58,437 bases of DNA from Piptocephalis cylindrospora (taxonomy: Eukaryota). The notes under the pieces are model-generated. The model made no database searches, was not told the DNA's origin, and was given only the letters and a program-made list of their open reading frames with translations. Shown here piece by piece: positions 33,099 to 45,943 of this stretch. The stretch covers positions 1 through 58,437 of the forward strand of contig KZ987728.1 in NCBI GenBank assembly GCA_003614145.1, given 5' to 3'. The position numbers and the translations under genes were made by a program. Position 1 is the stretch's first letter; every line of letters starts with the position of its first letter.

Positions 33099-36000
33099 AT
33101 GCCAGCTCCCTCGGTATCCTCAAGGACACGAAAGGACTCGAGAAGCTCGCTTGCTCAGCCTGATCCTCTCTCTATCCCCACGGTCTACGCTCCCTCCACT
33201 CCACAATTCCCCCCCGGCCGGTTCAGCGACCAGGTCGGGGGGGGCCGTTAGGATCAGCCCTACTAGGCTCTCCAGGGCCTCCACCACCTCCACCACACCT
33301 CTTCCCTCCCAACCCTCCTCCCCCACCACCTCCTCTTTTCTTGCTTACTCTGACCGGGATCGAGGCCGGGGGCGGGGTCGGTCCGCTACCACCGATTCGT
33401 CTTCTTCTTCTTCCTCTGCGTCCTCGTCATGGCGACCCTCCTCCTTTTTGCATCAAGCCACTCAGATTCTCGAGCATCAACTAGGTCAATCTCAAAGACA
33501 ACCATTGCTTCCCCACCATACCAATTCTCCCCCCTCCACCCCTACTACCCCCACCCCCATCACATCCACCTCTACATCCACCGTTTCCCGATCACATCGA
33601 CCACATCGACGATCGTCCAACTCTTACCAAGGTGTGGCCACGGAAGAGGAAGATGCCGAGGCCGAGGAGGAAGAAGAGCAAGAGGAGAGTACGGCGGTAG
33701 AAGCTGAGATATCACCCTCTCTTCCTGGCGTCTCAGGTCGCAAGAGGCGTGTATCCATTGATCCATTAATACAGCAAGAAGTTCATATGGAAGAGGAGGA
33801 TCTCTATGTAAGTCAATCTCCTCTTTCTTTCTTTCTTTCTTCACTCACTCTCTACCTTCCAGCTCCTCATCACGGCTTATAGAACCTTTCGTGCAGGTCA
33901 TTTCTTTTACCTGGCCCTATGCCTGTTCACTGGCGGCATCTTTTATCTGGCCGCTCGGTGGCTTCCACGGCTTCGAATCGCCCTGGTCGGCCGGCCCACC
34001 CTATTGGGATCCGCTGAATGGCTCGTCATTCAGAACCAGTATGGTCAACGGGAGATCGAACCGGTCATCAGAGTCTTTTACGGCGGGGAGGCCCGTCATG
34101 TTTATCGACCCCTTCCAGGATCCGCTCCGGGCACCCCTGTCCCCGGAGTCCTACGAGATCTCGCCATCTTTCAGTATCGTCACCTTCGGTTCGTCTATGA
34201 CCCCACCCCCCAATGCTTTATCCGGACTTCGACATGGCGAGATGCTGCATGGGACATTGGAAGGTCCTCAGTCACTCGGGGTCTCTCCCGGGAGGCGGCG
34301 AGGGATCGAAGAAGTGTTCATGGATCCAACCTCATGGATGTCAAGCCAAAGCCCGTTGGGGCTCTGCTTGTCGACGAAGTTCTCCACCCTTTTTACGTCT
34401 TCCAATTGGCCTCTATCGGTTTATGGGCCGTGGATAACTACTATTATTACGCCGCTTGTATCTTCACCATTTCCGTTGTCTCCGTCATTACGGCCCTTAT
34501 CGAGACCCGGAGAAACATGGCCAAGATGCGTGATATGGCCCGGTTCACTTGTGACGTCTCAGTCCGTCGAGGCGGCAGTGGAAGCGCGAGTGGCGATGGT
34601 ACCTGGATCCCCTTGGCCTCTGACCACCTGGTCCCTGGAGACCTTCTGGATATATCCGCCCTTCAGACCTTCCCGTGTGACGCCATCCTCTTGGATGGTG
34701 ATTGCATTGTGAATGAGAGCATGCTCACAGGTGAATCTGTCCCTGTCAGCAAGGCCGCTATCACCGATGGGACCCTTCGGTCCCTAGACCCGGCCATTCC
34801 TTCTTTCCCCACTTCCCCCTCCTGTCCCCAGTTAGAGAAGAACTTTCTGCATGCGGGCACTAAGGTTGTCCGGGCCCGCCCGGGTCCCCAGGGTCGTACC
34901 GTGGCTATGGTCATTCGCGTTGGTTTTGACACCACTAAAGGCTCCCTCGTCCGTAGCATGCTGTACCCCCGCCCTAACAAGTTCAAGTTCTACCAGGATG
35001 CGTTTCACTTTGTCGGCGTTCTCGCCATTATTGCAGGCTGCGGCTTTCTCGCCAGTGTCTACAATTTCATCCAACTGGGTGTGCCTCCTCATCTCATCAT
35101 TGTACGCGCCTTGGATCTCATCACCATTGTCATTCCCCCTGCCCTTCCCGCGACCATGTCCATTGGCATGAGCTTTGCCCTTTCCCGTCTCCGTCGTCAG
35201 GATATCTACTGCATTGCCCCTCAAAGAGTCAACGTGGCCGGCAAGTTAAATTGTCTGCTCTTCGACAAGACCGGCACGCTCACCGAGGATGGCTTGGATG
35301 TTCTTGGGGTTCAGCCCTCTCTAAGGCTTTCTGTGGAGGAGGGAGTGTCCTTTTCGCATGAACTTATCGATACTCCCGAGGGGCTCAAAAGTAAGGAGGC
35401 CGAGGAGGTTGAGATTGAAGGATCCCAGGACCCCTCCCCCATTTATCCCCCTTCGGCTCCAGCTCTCACCACTTCGGCCCCCCCAGCCACCCTCTCCTTG
35501 ACTCATTGCCTCGCTACATGTCATGCCCTAAAGATGGTTCAGGAATCACTGGTGGGAGATCCGTTGGATCTCAAAATGTTTGATTGGACCGGATGGTCCC
35601 TCGAAGAGCACGGAGCTGATTCTTCTGGTGTCACCCGGTCTCTAGCAAACAATGAGGCACCTCCTTTGTTTGGTGGGCCTGTCCCCACCACCGTCAGGCC
35701 CCCCGGCGCAGGGAAAACTTCGCTGGCCACCCTTGGTCTCGATCCCTCTTCCTCTTCGGCTATGGAATTGGGCGTGCTCAAGTGTTACGAGTTTGTCTCC
35801 AATCTCCGTCGCATGTCCGTCCTGGTTAAGCGTCTTGGCGATACCTCCACTCTCGTCTATGCCAAGGGGGCTCCCGAGGCCATCGGTTCCATTTGTCGTT
35901 CCTCCACCCTACCACCTGATTACGCTTCCATCCTGCATCGATATACCCACCAGGGCTACCGGGTTATTGCTTGTGCCGGCCGTGATTTGGGGCGCGTGAG

Positions 36001-37700
36001 CTGGCGTCGGGCTGAACGATTGGACCGGTCCGACGTTGAATATGACCTTGTTTTCCTTGGGCTCCTAGTCTTTGAGAACAAGCTTAAACCCACCACCTCC
36101 CGCATCATCTCCCAACTTCATGATGCTCGCATGCGTCAGGTCATGTGCACCGGTGACAATGTCCTTACGGCTGTCTCCGTTTCTCGGGACTGCGGGCTTG
36201 TTCCCTCCCACTCTCGTATCTATGTTCCCGTTGAGAATGAGGGTGATACTGGTGAGGAAAATGAGAGGCTTTGTTGGAGGAATGTGGATGATCCTGAGGA
36301 TCATCTCGATCCAAACACCCTTCTCCCCTATCATCCCCCTTCCTCTTCTTCCTTGGATCAAAGAGGGAACATCTCTTCTCTTCCTGGCAAAGCCCATGAT
36401 TCTCCCCCTTATGAGCTGGCTGTGACGGGAACTGCCTTTCAACGGCTCATTTACCAAGCTACCCACTTTCGGGGGACCGACGGTCTTCACGCCGTCCGTC
36501 TCCTTCATCGCGCCCTCCTCAAAGGCCAGATCTTTGCTCGAATGAGTCCAGAGGAAAAGGCAGAGCTTGTGGAACGCATGCAAGGCTTAGGTTACTGTGT
36601 GGGCTTTTGTGGGGACGGTGCGAACGATTGTGGCGCCTTAAAGGCTGCCGATGTCGGTGTCTCCCTCTCCGAAGCTGAAGCCTCCGTCGCTGCTCCTTTC
36701 ACCTCCAGATCTACCGATATTGCCTGTATGATTCGTGTCATTCAGGAGGGACGCGCTGCCCTTGTCACCTCCTTTGCCTGTTTCAAGTACATGGCCCTCT
36801 ACTCCCTCATCCAGTTCACCACCATCTCCCTCCTCTACAGCTTTGATTTTTCCCTTGGTGATCTTCAGTTTCTCTATATTGACCTTGTCCTCATTCTCCC
36901 AGTCGCCGTTTTTATGGGTCGCACCGGTCCTGCCCCCAAGCTTCATCTGGCGAGACCCATTGGCCGACTCGTCTCCCGCAAGGTTCTCACCTCCCTTCTT
37001 GGTCACATCCTTCTCCAATTGCTTACCCAGATCCTCGCATTTTCCCTTGTTCGTCATGCCTCCTGGTACGAAGTCCCCCACATCAACCCGGACGAAGCCA
37101 ACATCCTTTCCCATGAAAACACCTCCCTTTTCCTTCTTTCCTCCTACCAGTACATCATCATTGCCATCATCTTTTCCGTCGGCCCTCCCCATCGTCTCAC
37201 CATGCTTTCCAATCGTAAGCGTTACTTCAGAGAAGATGGTCTAGTTGCACCTTGCTCTATGCTGACGCATCCTTTCCCCTTTCTCTCATCTAGGTTCATT
37301 GGTGGGTGCTGTGTCATTCCTCCTGGCCTTTACCTCCTTTATCCTTGCCTTGACCGGATCCCCAGAGGGAACCAATGGTTTGGCTGGTTGGTTTAGGAGG
37401 GTGTTTGAACTTAAGGCCCTACCAAACTCCTTTCTCGTCCTCCTCGCCTCTCTTGCCGCCCTTTACTGGGCTGTTGCATGGGCGGGCGAACAGTGGATTT
37501 TCCCGGGCTTGGCAAAGGCCATCAAGGCTTACCGTGTACGCCGGGATCGGAAGCGGGAATGGCAGGAACGATGGCGAACACACGAACAAGGTTGTCCTTC
37601 ATCCTCTACCAAGCCTGATCCCGAGGGATCCAAGGTATATAAGAGGATCCAGCGGGAGATGCAAGAAGACCGGGAAAGGTTGATGCATGTGTCTACGTAG
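33099..37700 (+). CDS. YPK9: P5B-type ATPase (Ypk9/ATP13A2 family); 5' end has a frame discontinuity
   Basis: EVLHPFYVFQ, ESMLTGES, P5B-type PPALP, FDKTGTLT, KGAPE, TGDNVLTA, FARMSPEEK, CGDGANDCGALKAAD, EGRAALVTSF. Introns at 33808-33862 and 37215-37292. The start position is uncertain (see findings). Confidence 0.93.
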
Positions 37701-37922
37701 AACGGATTTGCGATTTATTGATCGAGTGGTCCTGATCCAATGAATGAAATTTAAATGAATACTTTACCCTTTTCCTCTGCCTTTTCCTAAACCATTGACT
37801 GAAGTATAGGGGCTACGATATCTACTGATATATCAAAGATTTTATCCCTTGTATATACCATACGGAACGAGAAATATATTGTGTGATTCAATAGAGAAAT
37901 CCTCAATGCGCTCAATTCCCTT

Positions 37923-39098
37923 TTACTCATCCCCTTCACTCTCACTGGCGGAACTCACCTCCCGCACCCGCCGACCTGGGTGGTGGGAGAGTGGACTGGG
38001 CGATCGAGAGGGAGGCCCTTGTCGAGCTCTTTTGATCAATGGGCTAGGCGATCTGGATGAAACGTACCCATTCCTTCGGGGACTACGTGATCTGGACAAG
38101 GGTCTCTTCCCCGCTGGGCCAAATGACCCAGTACGAAGGCGCTTGGGGGCTGGACTTGGTGATCTAGAGGGATAGTGGGCACGGGGACTCCTAGATTTGG
38201 AGTAAGATCGATCACGAGGACTCCTAGATCTAGAGTAGGATTGAACGCGAGGACTTCTAGATCTACCATGGGATTGACTAGAAGGGCTCTTAGATTTAGA
38301 TACGGATCGAGCACGGGGACTCCTCGAATTGGAATAGGATCGATCGCCAGGGCTTTTAGACCTAGATAAAGATCGAGAACGATCCCGTCGAGTAACCCTC
38401 CTCCCTCTCTGCTCTTCTTCCTCATCACTGCTATAGTGCCGTTGACGACGTCGTTCCCGTCTCAAATCACGTTCTCGCTCCCAGCGAACTCGATCCCTCT
38501 CCTTCTCCTGGCGTCGGCGAGTCCGTTCTCGCTCCCTTCTCCGGGTATCTTGTTCACGCTCTCGCTCCTCCCGAGCAGCAATACGAGCCCTCTTGGCCTC
38601 TTCCTGGAACTCCCGGTCAAAGGCCTGTCCCTCCACATAAGCTGAATCCATACGGAAGGCCCGATTCAACTGCTTAAGCTCCTGAGCCTTGGCCGCCTTT
38701 CGTTCATGCACCTGATGAACCTTAAGTGGGCCTCCCTGGCGAACAATTCCTGCTTGACCCCGTTCTTCCCCCTCCTTCAGTTCGGCGATCAGCCTTTCCC
38801 GCATGGCCTGCACTCGTTCCTCCACCTCTTCCTCTCCCAGAGCTCCTCGTTCCTCCAACTCATCTTGGAGTTCCATACACTTGAGCTCAATGGTCCTTTT
38901 CTTTTCATGGAGGAGAATGTCCAGATCAGGACCTTGTTGGGACTCCCGTTCGAAGAGTGCCTCGGTCCTTTCGGCCTCCCGTAACACATCCTCACTACGA
39001 CGATCCTGCCTCTGACGGTTAATGAACGCAGCGGATCGCTGCACATACCCATTGGTACCTGATCCCCTAGGTGTAGATAGTCCGATGCCGTTATACAT
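37923..39098 (-). CDS. CWC21: Pre-mRNA splicing factor Cwc21/SRRM2-like with RS-rich tail
   Basis: Canonical N-terminus MYNGIGLSTPRGSGTNGYVQ; cwf21 domain ILLHEKKRTIELKCMELQDELEE; G.AFDRE; SRSRSP repeats. Confidence 0.93.
   Translation of the reverse strand: MYNGIGLSTPRGSGTNGYVQRSAAFINRQRQDRRSEDVLREAERTEALFERESQQGPDLDILLHEKKRTIELKCMELQDELEERGALGEEEVEERVQAMRERLIAELKEGEERGQAGIVRQGGPLKVHQVHERKAAKAQELKQLNRAFRMDSAYVEGQAFDREFQEEAKRARIAAREEREREQDTRRRERERTRRRQEKERDRVRWERERDLRRERRRQRHYSSDEEEEQRGRRVTRRDRSRSLSRSKSPGDRSYSNSRSPRARSVSKSKSPSSQSHGRSRSPRVQSYSRSRSPRDRSYSKSRSPRAHYPSRSPSPAPKRLRTGSFGPAGKRPLSRSRSPRRNGYVSSRSPSPLIKRARQGPPSRSPSPLSHHPGRRVREVSSASESEGDE
38170..38370 (-). repeat. About six degenerate 33-bp tandem repeats encoding 11-aa RS units in CWC21
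   Basis: SRSKSPGDRSY/SNSRSPRARSV/SKSKSPSSQSH/GRSRSPRVQSY/SRSRSPRDRSY/SKSRSPRAHY; recurring 'ggactcctagat' type DNA units. Confidence 0.75.
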
Positions 39099-40592
39099 GA
39101 AGAAAGATGACGGAGAGCGGAAGTGAAGGATTGGTGAAGGGTGGAAGATAGCTGAGATCAACTAAGTGATTATGCTAGACATGAGGATCACTGTATCAAA
39201 TCTTTTAAGTATGTCAGGCCTCGTCTCATACATTATAAACTCCCCTCGCTTCACGGACTAAAAAATGAAATATTGACATAACATTGGCTTTTTTCATTCC
39301 TGTCACACGGCCATCCCACATGGGTGTCCATTCATATATGGAAAATGAACTTGGTTCTACCGGATATTTGAAGCCAATAGATCCCTATCGGGGACATTGA
39401 TCTGACGCTGAGCGATGGGAGATTCAGGCCGTGAGTTTCCTGAGATCTGCAGGAAGGGTCGAGGGCGGATTGCATCTATATAGCACCCTCTATGACTCCA
39501 ATTCCCCTCATAATAGCACCTAAGTATCACGAGAAAGGGTTCTATTGACCTGCATGTAAAGCATGCCTCTTTGCATCATGCATCCGGTAAAGAGGATGCT
39601 AAAGTTTAACAGCACAAACTTCTCCGGGAACCTTAGAGTCCTCAAAGGTCCGCTCGTGCTCAAGTCTTCCTCATATATCCAAATTCTTTATAAATCTCCC
39701 TCATCCTCTCTCCCTTTTGGCCCTTTCAATAATAATTTTCATCCCTATAATACTTCATTTTTCTGTTCTACATTGCTTGCCTTATCCTGAAATATCCTTC
39801 CAGAAGGGAATCCTCTTCCCAAAGCCCATTCCCACTCCTTGCATGGGATGTGGTACTGGGAGCCTGTCCACCAATGACGCGTCTGACTCATCCACATACT
39901 AACTGTGGCGGATATACTCAAGCCTGGCCCCAGAGGAGGAACCATTGCACACTCTTTCAGGATACACCCGCCTTTGCTATAGCCCTCTCCCTCCCCCCCT
40001 CCCCTCTCCCCTCCCCTCCAGTCCTCTCACATTGACCCCTCACACCGTGGCGACCACGCAACGCACATACACACACAGTCGATCCAACCCGCACAGATAA
40101 AACCCCAGCTCTGAGCCACCTCCACCCCTCTTTCCCCCTCCGCCCTTACTCGCACCTCTGTTCCATCCATCCTTCTCTGGACTCATTCCCCATCCACTTT
40201 CTGTCTCTCAGCAAAATCCTTTCAGCACACGGAAAGCCTGTTTAGTTGTTGAAGCGTAGTGCTGTCAGTTCAAGAGTGTGAAACATTCCTCTCCCTCATT
40301 TTACCTTTCCCGTAACCTCCCCCCTCCTCCCTTTCTCTCCTCTTCCCCCGGCCCTCCGAGGTTGCCCATCTCACTCTCACACAGACAAGTACAGGCAATC
40401 TTTTGTTGACACCGCCCGCTCTTCCTATCTCCTCTCGTTTGTCCCATTCATCCTGATCCCCTCATCTCGGATCAGTTACCCGTTGCCCTTCTTTATTTAC
40501 CTTTTTCTCAACTCACCCCATTCTCTCTGCTACGGATAGCCTGAGGCAACACTTCTGTCCCATCACAGCTATCCCTCCACTCCCTCTCTCCC

Positions 40593-43500
40593 ATGTCTTA
40601 TCACACCATTCCTCGACCCATTCGGGATCACTCAAGATCCGAGGGTAGGAACCCCGAATCTACTAAATCCGAGAGCCCCAATGTATCCCCCAGTACCGAA
40701 TCAGATTCGGTCGAGGGCGCAAGGAGTCTCCGTACAAGGGCAAAGGTGGATTATGCCGCCATGGAGAATGTTGATGACTTGGAGGAGTCCTTGATCTCTG
40801 AAAACGACAGTACCAATGAAACCAGTCCCCTCTCTCCTCCCTCCCCTCCACAGCCCGCCCCCGGTACCCGAAACTCCACCCGCGCCACTCGGTCCACCCT
40901 CCATCTCCACGTGGGTAGTTCCTTCTCTGCTGAGTCTGCTCTGTTCAATGACGATGATCAGGTCGAGGACGATGCTTTTGCGAACGGTGATGAGAGCGGT
41001 GAGCATGCTGATGGTAAAAGAGAACGAAGGAACGAAAGTGTCATAGAAGAAAATACGAATGGTCAAGAGTGCCCCGCCGACAGCTCTCACTCCTCTCTCG
41101 CCCGATCCACCTCGGCTGATGCCGACCAAGCCCCTCTCCATTACCACTCCTTACGCCCCTCTTCACGAAGAAAACGACGATATGTGGACTCTGAGGATGA
41201 GGAGGATGGCGAGGAAACTGCCGTATCCACCCCTATCGCCAATCACTCCCTCCAAGATGGCATGGACATTGATGTCGAATCCTCCCCCAGTGGAACCCCT
41301 CCTGCCACCACCGCCACTGACATCCCCCCTACGGAACATGCTGATGTTATGGGAGGGATGGGAAGGAGATTAAGACCCCGTGAGGAGCATCGACGCTACA
41401 TCTTTGATCCCATGGATAATTTGGACCAAGATGACGAAGAGGATGAAGTGATCAAGCCCCGTGGTACCTTACGCTCTTCTGCTGCCCTTGATCGTGGCAG
41501 TGATCATTCCATCGACCGTTCTCTGTAAGATGCACATGGCCAACTGGGAAACTTGGGAGATGTATGACTCTATTATACTCACCTAGCCTCTCTCTTTACT
41601 CATAGACGATCTCGAGAGACACGAAGAATGACACGATCCATGTCCAGTCATGATCATTCATTTCCCTCCCTCTCTTCTCAGACCACTCCCCGGTCTGCCA
41701 AGAGGGCCAGACGGGCAACAGCTTATGCCTCTGCCATGGACGCTGTCGACAGGAATGGTGTTTCTGGAGCCGGGGGTCGGGAACCTAGGGCCCCCTACGC
41801 CCTTAGGGATCGGACGGGCAAGAAGCCCAAATACTCCTTTACCCCGGCCGAACTCGCCCTTATGGATCCCTCCTCCTCCAGAGATTCGTCTGCTCGTCCC
41901 GCAGCGTCCTCTTCCCGATCTGCCCGGGATCGGTCCCTTCGGTACGTGTTGTGAGCCCTTTCAGGAAAGAGCTAGGATCGACTCGCACTCTGCTCGTCCA
42001 ACTCATCTAATATCTCCCTCTTAGATTTTCCATGCCAGGGGATGATTCAGACTCGGATGATGATTCTCGTGTTCTCATGGGAGGTGGTGGTAAGAGAAGA
42101 GCGGGTGGCGATGAATCCGGGTCCGCTGTCAACATGACCGGGAAGTCCTCCAAGGACCCTGTCTTTTTGCCCATGAATGCCCATGAGATGGGGCCTAACC
42201 GGGGCCCCCCTGGCTACAGACCCAAATCGTCTAGTAAGGTTTTACGATGCAGAAGCGAGATGGAGCTGTACTGACATTTCCTTTCTCTGTATCTTAGCTT
42301 TGGCCGATACTGATCCAGTCAATGTGGCCTCCAAATCGGTTTCCTTTGATTCTGTGGGTGGGCTGGATGATCATATTGTCCATCTCAAGGAGATGATTGG
42401 CCTGCCCCTCCTTTACCCCGAGCTCTTTTCCGCCAAGAACATGACCCCTCCTCGTGGTGTCATCTTTTACGGTGCGTGTTACATCATACTGCATTAGGAT
42501 AATCTGCTGATTGTCCTCTCTACCCACAGGTCCCCCCGGAACTGGTAAAACTCTTTTGGCCAGAGCTTTGGCTAATAGCTGCTCCACTTCCAATCAAAAG
42601 GTCGCTTTTTTTATGCGAAAAGGTGCTGATTGCCTCTCCAAGTGGGTGGGTGAAGCGGAAAGGCAACTTCGGTTACTCTTTGAGGCTGCCAAGGCGTGGC
42701 AACCCTCCATTATCTTTTTTGATGAGATTGATGGTAAGACTTTTGCGAGAAAACATCGTGCTATGTAGATTGGTCCCTTGTTTACCCCCACCATCTCCCC
42801 ACTAGGCTTAGCCCCGGTCAGGTCCAGTCGACAGGACCAGGTGCATGCTTCCATTGTTTCTACCCTTCTGGCCCTCATGGATGGCTTGGATGGACGGGGT
42901 CAGGTCGTGGTTGTTGGGGCCACCAATCGGGTCGATGCCATTGACCCGGCCTTACGTCGACCTGGAAGGTTTGATCGAGAATTCCACTTTCCCCTCCCGG
43001 ATCTTCAGGGTCGTCGTCAAATCCTTGACATTCATACCAACAAATGGGAACCTCCTGTCCCCCCGGCTCTTCTAGATCGCCTGGCCGAAGAGACTCGAGG
43101 CTATGGAGGTGCTGATCTTCGCGCTTTATGCACCGAAGCCACCCTCAGGGCCATGCGTCGGCACTACCCCCAGATCTACCAGTCGGAGCATCGGCTTCTA
43201 GTACGGCCTGAGGATGTCGTTGTCCAGGAAGGGGACCTTTTTGATGTTTTATCAGGTAAGCGCGTCGTCATATTATGACATGGCGGGCGAGGGAAGAGCA
43301 ACGCTCTTCCTGCTCTGTATACGCTTCAATCCTTTCTCACTCCTCCTTGATTCTTTCTTATGCCCTGTCTCGTCTATAGAGATGGTACCTGCCTCGGGAA
43401 GGATGGTCCGGGCGGTGCCTATGCCTCTGCCTCGTCGACTAGTCCCATTGTTGGGTGGGCCCTTGGGCAAGGTCCTGAGGATGCTAAAAAAGAGGCTTCC

Positions 43501-45689
43501 TGAGCGAGCCTGGAAGAGGCATCGACAGACCAGTAAGACCGGTGGAAGTATCAGCCACCTTACCAGCCCCCCCTCCGGTCATCTACCCCCCCTTCCTGTC
43601 TACCGACCCCGACTCCTACTTCTGGGTGAGACTGGGATGGGCCAGGAGGAGATGGGCCCTGCAGTCCTCCAAGCCCTAGAGGGTTGTCATGTCGCCACAT
43701 TTGACCTTGGCACTCTCATGTCCGATGAGACCCGGACTGCCGAGGCTGCCTGCATTCAAATGTTCATTGAGGCCCGACGTCATGCCCCAAGTGTCCTTTT
43801 CATCCCTAATATCCACTTATGGTCTGAATACCAAGTGGATGGGCCTGTGACCCCGTCGGTCCGCGCTACTTTTACCTCTCTTCTCCAAGGTCTCGGACCC
43901 ACTGAGCCCATTCTCCTCCTGGGAATCGGGGAGGGTCAAGAGAAAGGAGGCTTAGGTCAAGTGATTGAGGGATGGTTCGAGGGCCTGGGCCCGTGGAATA
44001 CCCAGACCCTGACTCAGCCCGACTTTAATGAGCGAAGGGCCTATCTGGAGGGATGGATGGAGGAGGCCAAGCCACTATTTGCCTCCACCAGGATTCTGTC
44101 CAGTAGTACAGGTGGGAAGGTTGATGGGATCAATACCATGGTTACTACCACCGCCCCCTCCTCCCCTCCCGTCCTTCCAAGGGCTCCGACTCCTCCCCCT
44201 CCCCCCCCCACCGAAGCCGAGCTCCGAGAACGCCTCTACCTGGAGAGACTGACCATGTCTAGATTAAGGCATGCTTTGGAGGATATTCTCCTTATGCACC
44301 GGAAGCACCACAAAGCCCTCTGGGATTTGCACCTTACCCCGTGCGACATCTTGACCCGGGAACCGAGGTATGACCTAGTTTCCCATCCCTTGGACCTTCA
44401 TGGAATTCGACTACGGAACTTTCGGGAGCACCGGACCCAAGGGGGCTATCGGAATCAAGGGGAATTCCTAGATGATTTAGATCATTTCAGAGAGAATGCT
44501 TTAGGGCTCCTGACCTGTCGCCTTGTCGAACTTGGGGACGGGCACAACCTGCATGGGAGTGGAGGAGGAGCAGGCATGTCGGCACAGTTGGGCCAAGCCG
44601 GTCGACTCTTGGATGAGATTCTCTCGGACATGGATCAGTTTCCTACAGAGTTGTGGGAAACAGTGGCCGAAGTATCCGATCGACTGGAAGAAGAGAAGGC
44701 CCAATGGGACGAGCAGAGTAGGAAGGATGAGGAAGAGGAAAAGGAAAAGGATGCCGATGAGGAGATGGTCAAGGGCTCTAGGATGATGGGGAAAAGGAGA
44801 CGAACCGGGCATGTTCTCTGCCTGGATGAGGAGGATGAAATTGGTGAGGAAACTGAGGTTGATACCGATACCGATAAGGAGGGTGGCGGTGAGGGAAAAA
44901 GAGTAAGTCATGATCAGGGCTTTCCCTTGCCTGTCCAGGATGTTTTAGAGGATCCGAGAATTCGTCGAGGTAAGACTTGTCATGTAGGATGGATAGCTAA
45001 AGAAGAATTATTAACTTTACCCACCCTCCTCTTCTCTCTATTTAGCTCGATTCATGTAACAGGAGAATGGTCAGGCTAAAGAGGAGGATAGAAAGACAGA
45101 TGAGGATGAAGGGATGAAGGAAAGGGATAATGGGCTTTCTCCCTCTCCTCTCACCACCCTTCCATCCGATTCCTCTTTCTCTACTACTACTATTGTGGAT
45201 ACCCCTATGCAGGAGGGACTGGATAAGAAGGTGGATAGGCCTAGTGAGATGGGGGAGGAGGGGAGCGCAGCCAAAAGCAAGGATGGCTTGGGCCAAGTGG
45301 AATTACCACTAACCTCAGACGAGACCAAGAATCCTGACCAGGGTGAGACATTCTCTGGGGCTCCTCCATCCACTGTCTCCTCCATCCCTAGCGGGCCGTT
45401 TCCAGTTCCAGAGGCCGAGAAAGACGCGGAGAAAAAGGAAGCAAAAGATGAGGGAGGTTTGTCTCCCAGGATGCACCAGATGGTGGGTAGAGCTGTGGAG
45501 CTGACTGAAGGATTTGGGGTTGCCGAGCTCGACAGGTTGTACACAACATGGATGGCTTCAGTCAATCGATGTGTCCAAGGGAGTCAGACTCAGGATGAGA
45601 TCATGGAGGAACTAGAGGAGTGGATGGAAGAGGCTCGGGCTAGACACCAATGGGTGGCTCAAAGGCGTAAGGAAGGTGAGAATCATTAA
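40593..45689 (+). CDS. YTA7: Bromodomain-containing AAA+ ATPase Yta7/ATAD2, multi-exon
   Basis: Acidic disordered N-terminus; [96 protein letters not shown]; degenerate second AAA domain (YRPRLLL.G..GMGQ); bromodomain-like segment. Confidence 0.93.
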
Positions 45690-45943
45690 GATAAGGATGA
45701 TGGAGGACGATTTGGTAAGAGAGAAGAAAAAGACTATTGCTTTTGGCGTCATCCGCAGTTCCACGAATTACTTAAAATAACTGATTCTTGTTCTTATTAA
45801 GTCACTGGCAAAAGTATAGCTGAGATGAGAGTAATGATGTGTATTGGCCATTGGATGGGATGAGGGGAGAGGAGACAAGTTGTAAATGAAAATGGGAAGA
45901 TGGTATAAAATGAAGGACCAAGCAAACAAAGAGAATCAACCTC

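Noticed and set aside
33891..37244. Long alternative-frame and antisense ORFs within the P5B ATPase (also within GPI13, UPF2 and YTA7)
   Set aside because: Shadow ORFs caused by codon bias of the real gene; no independent coding signal.
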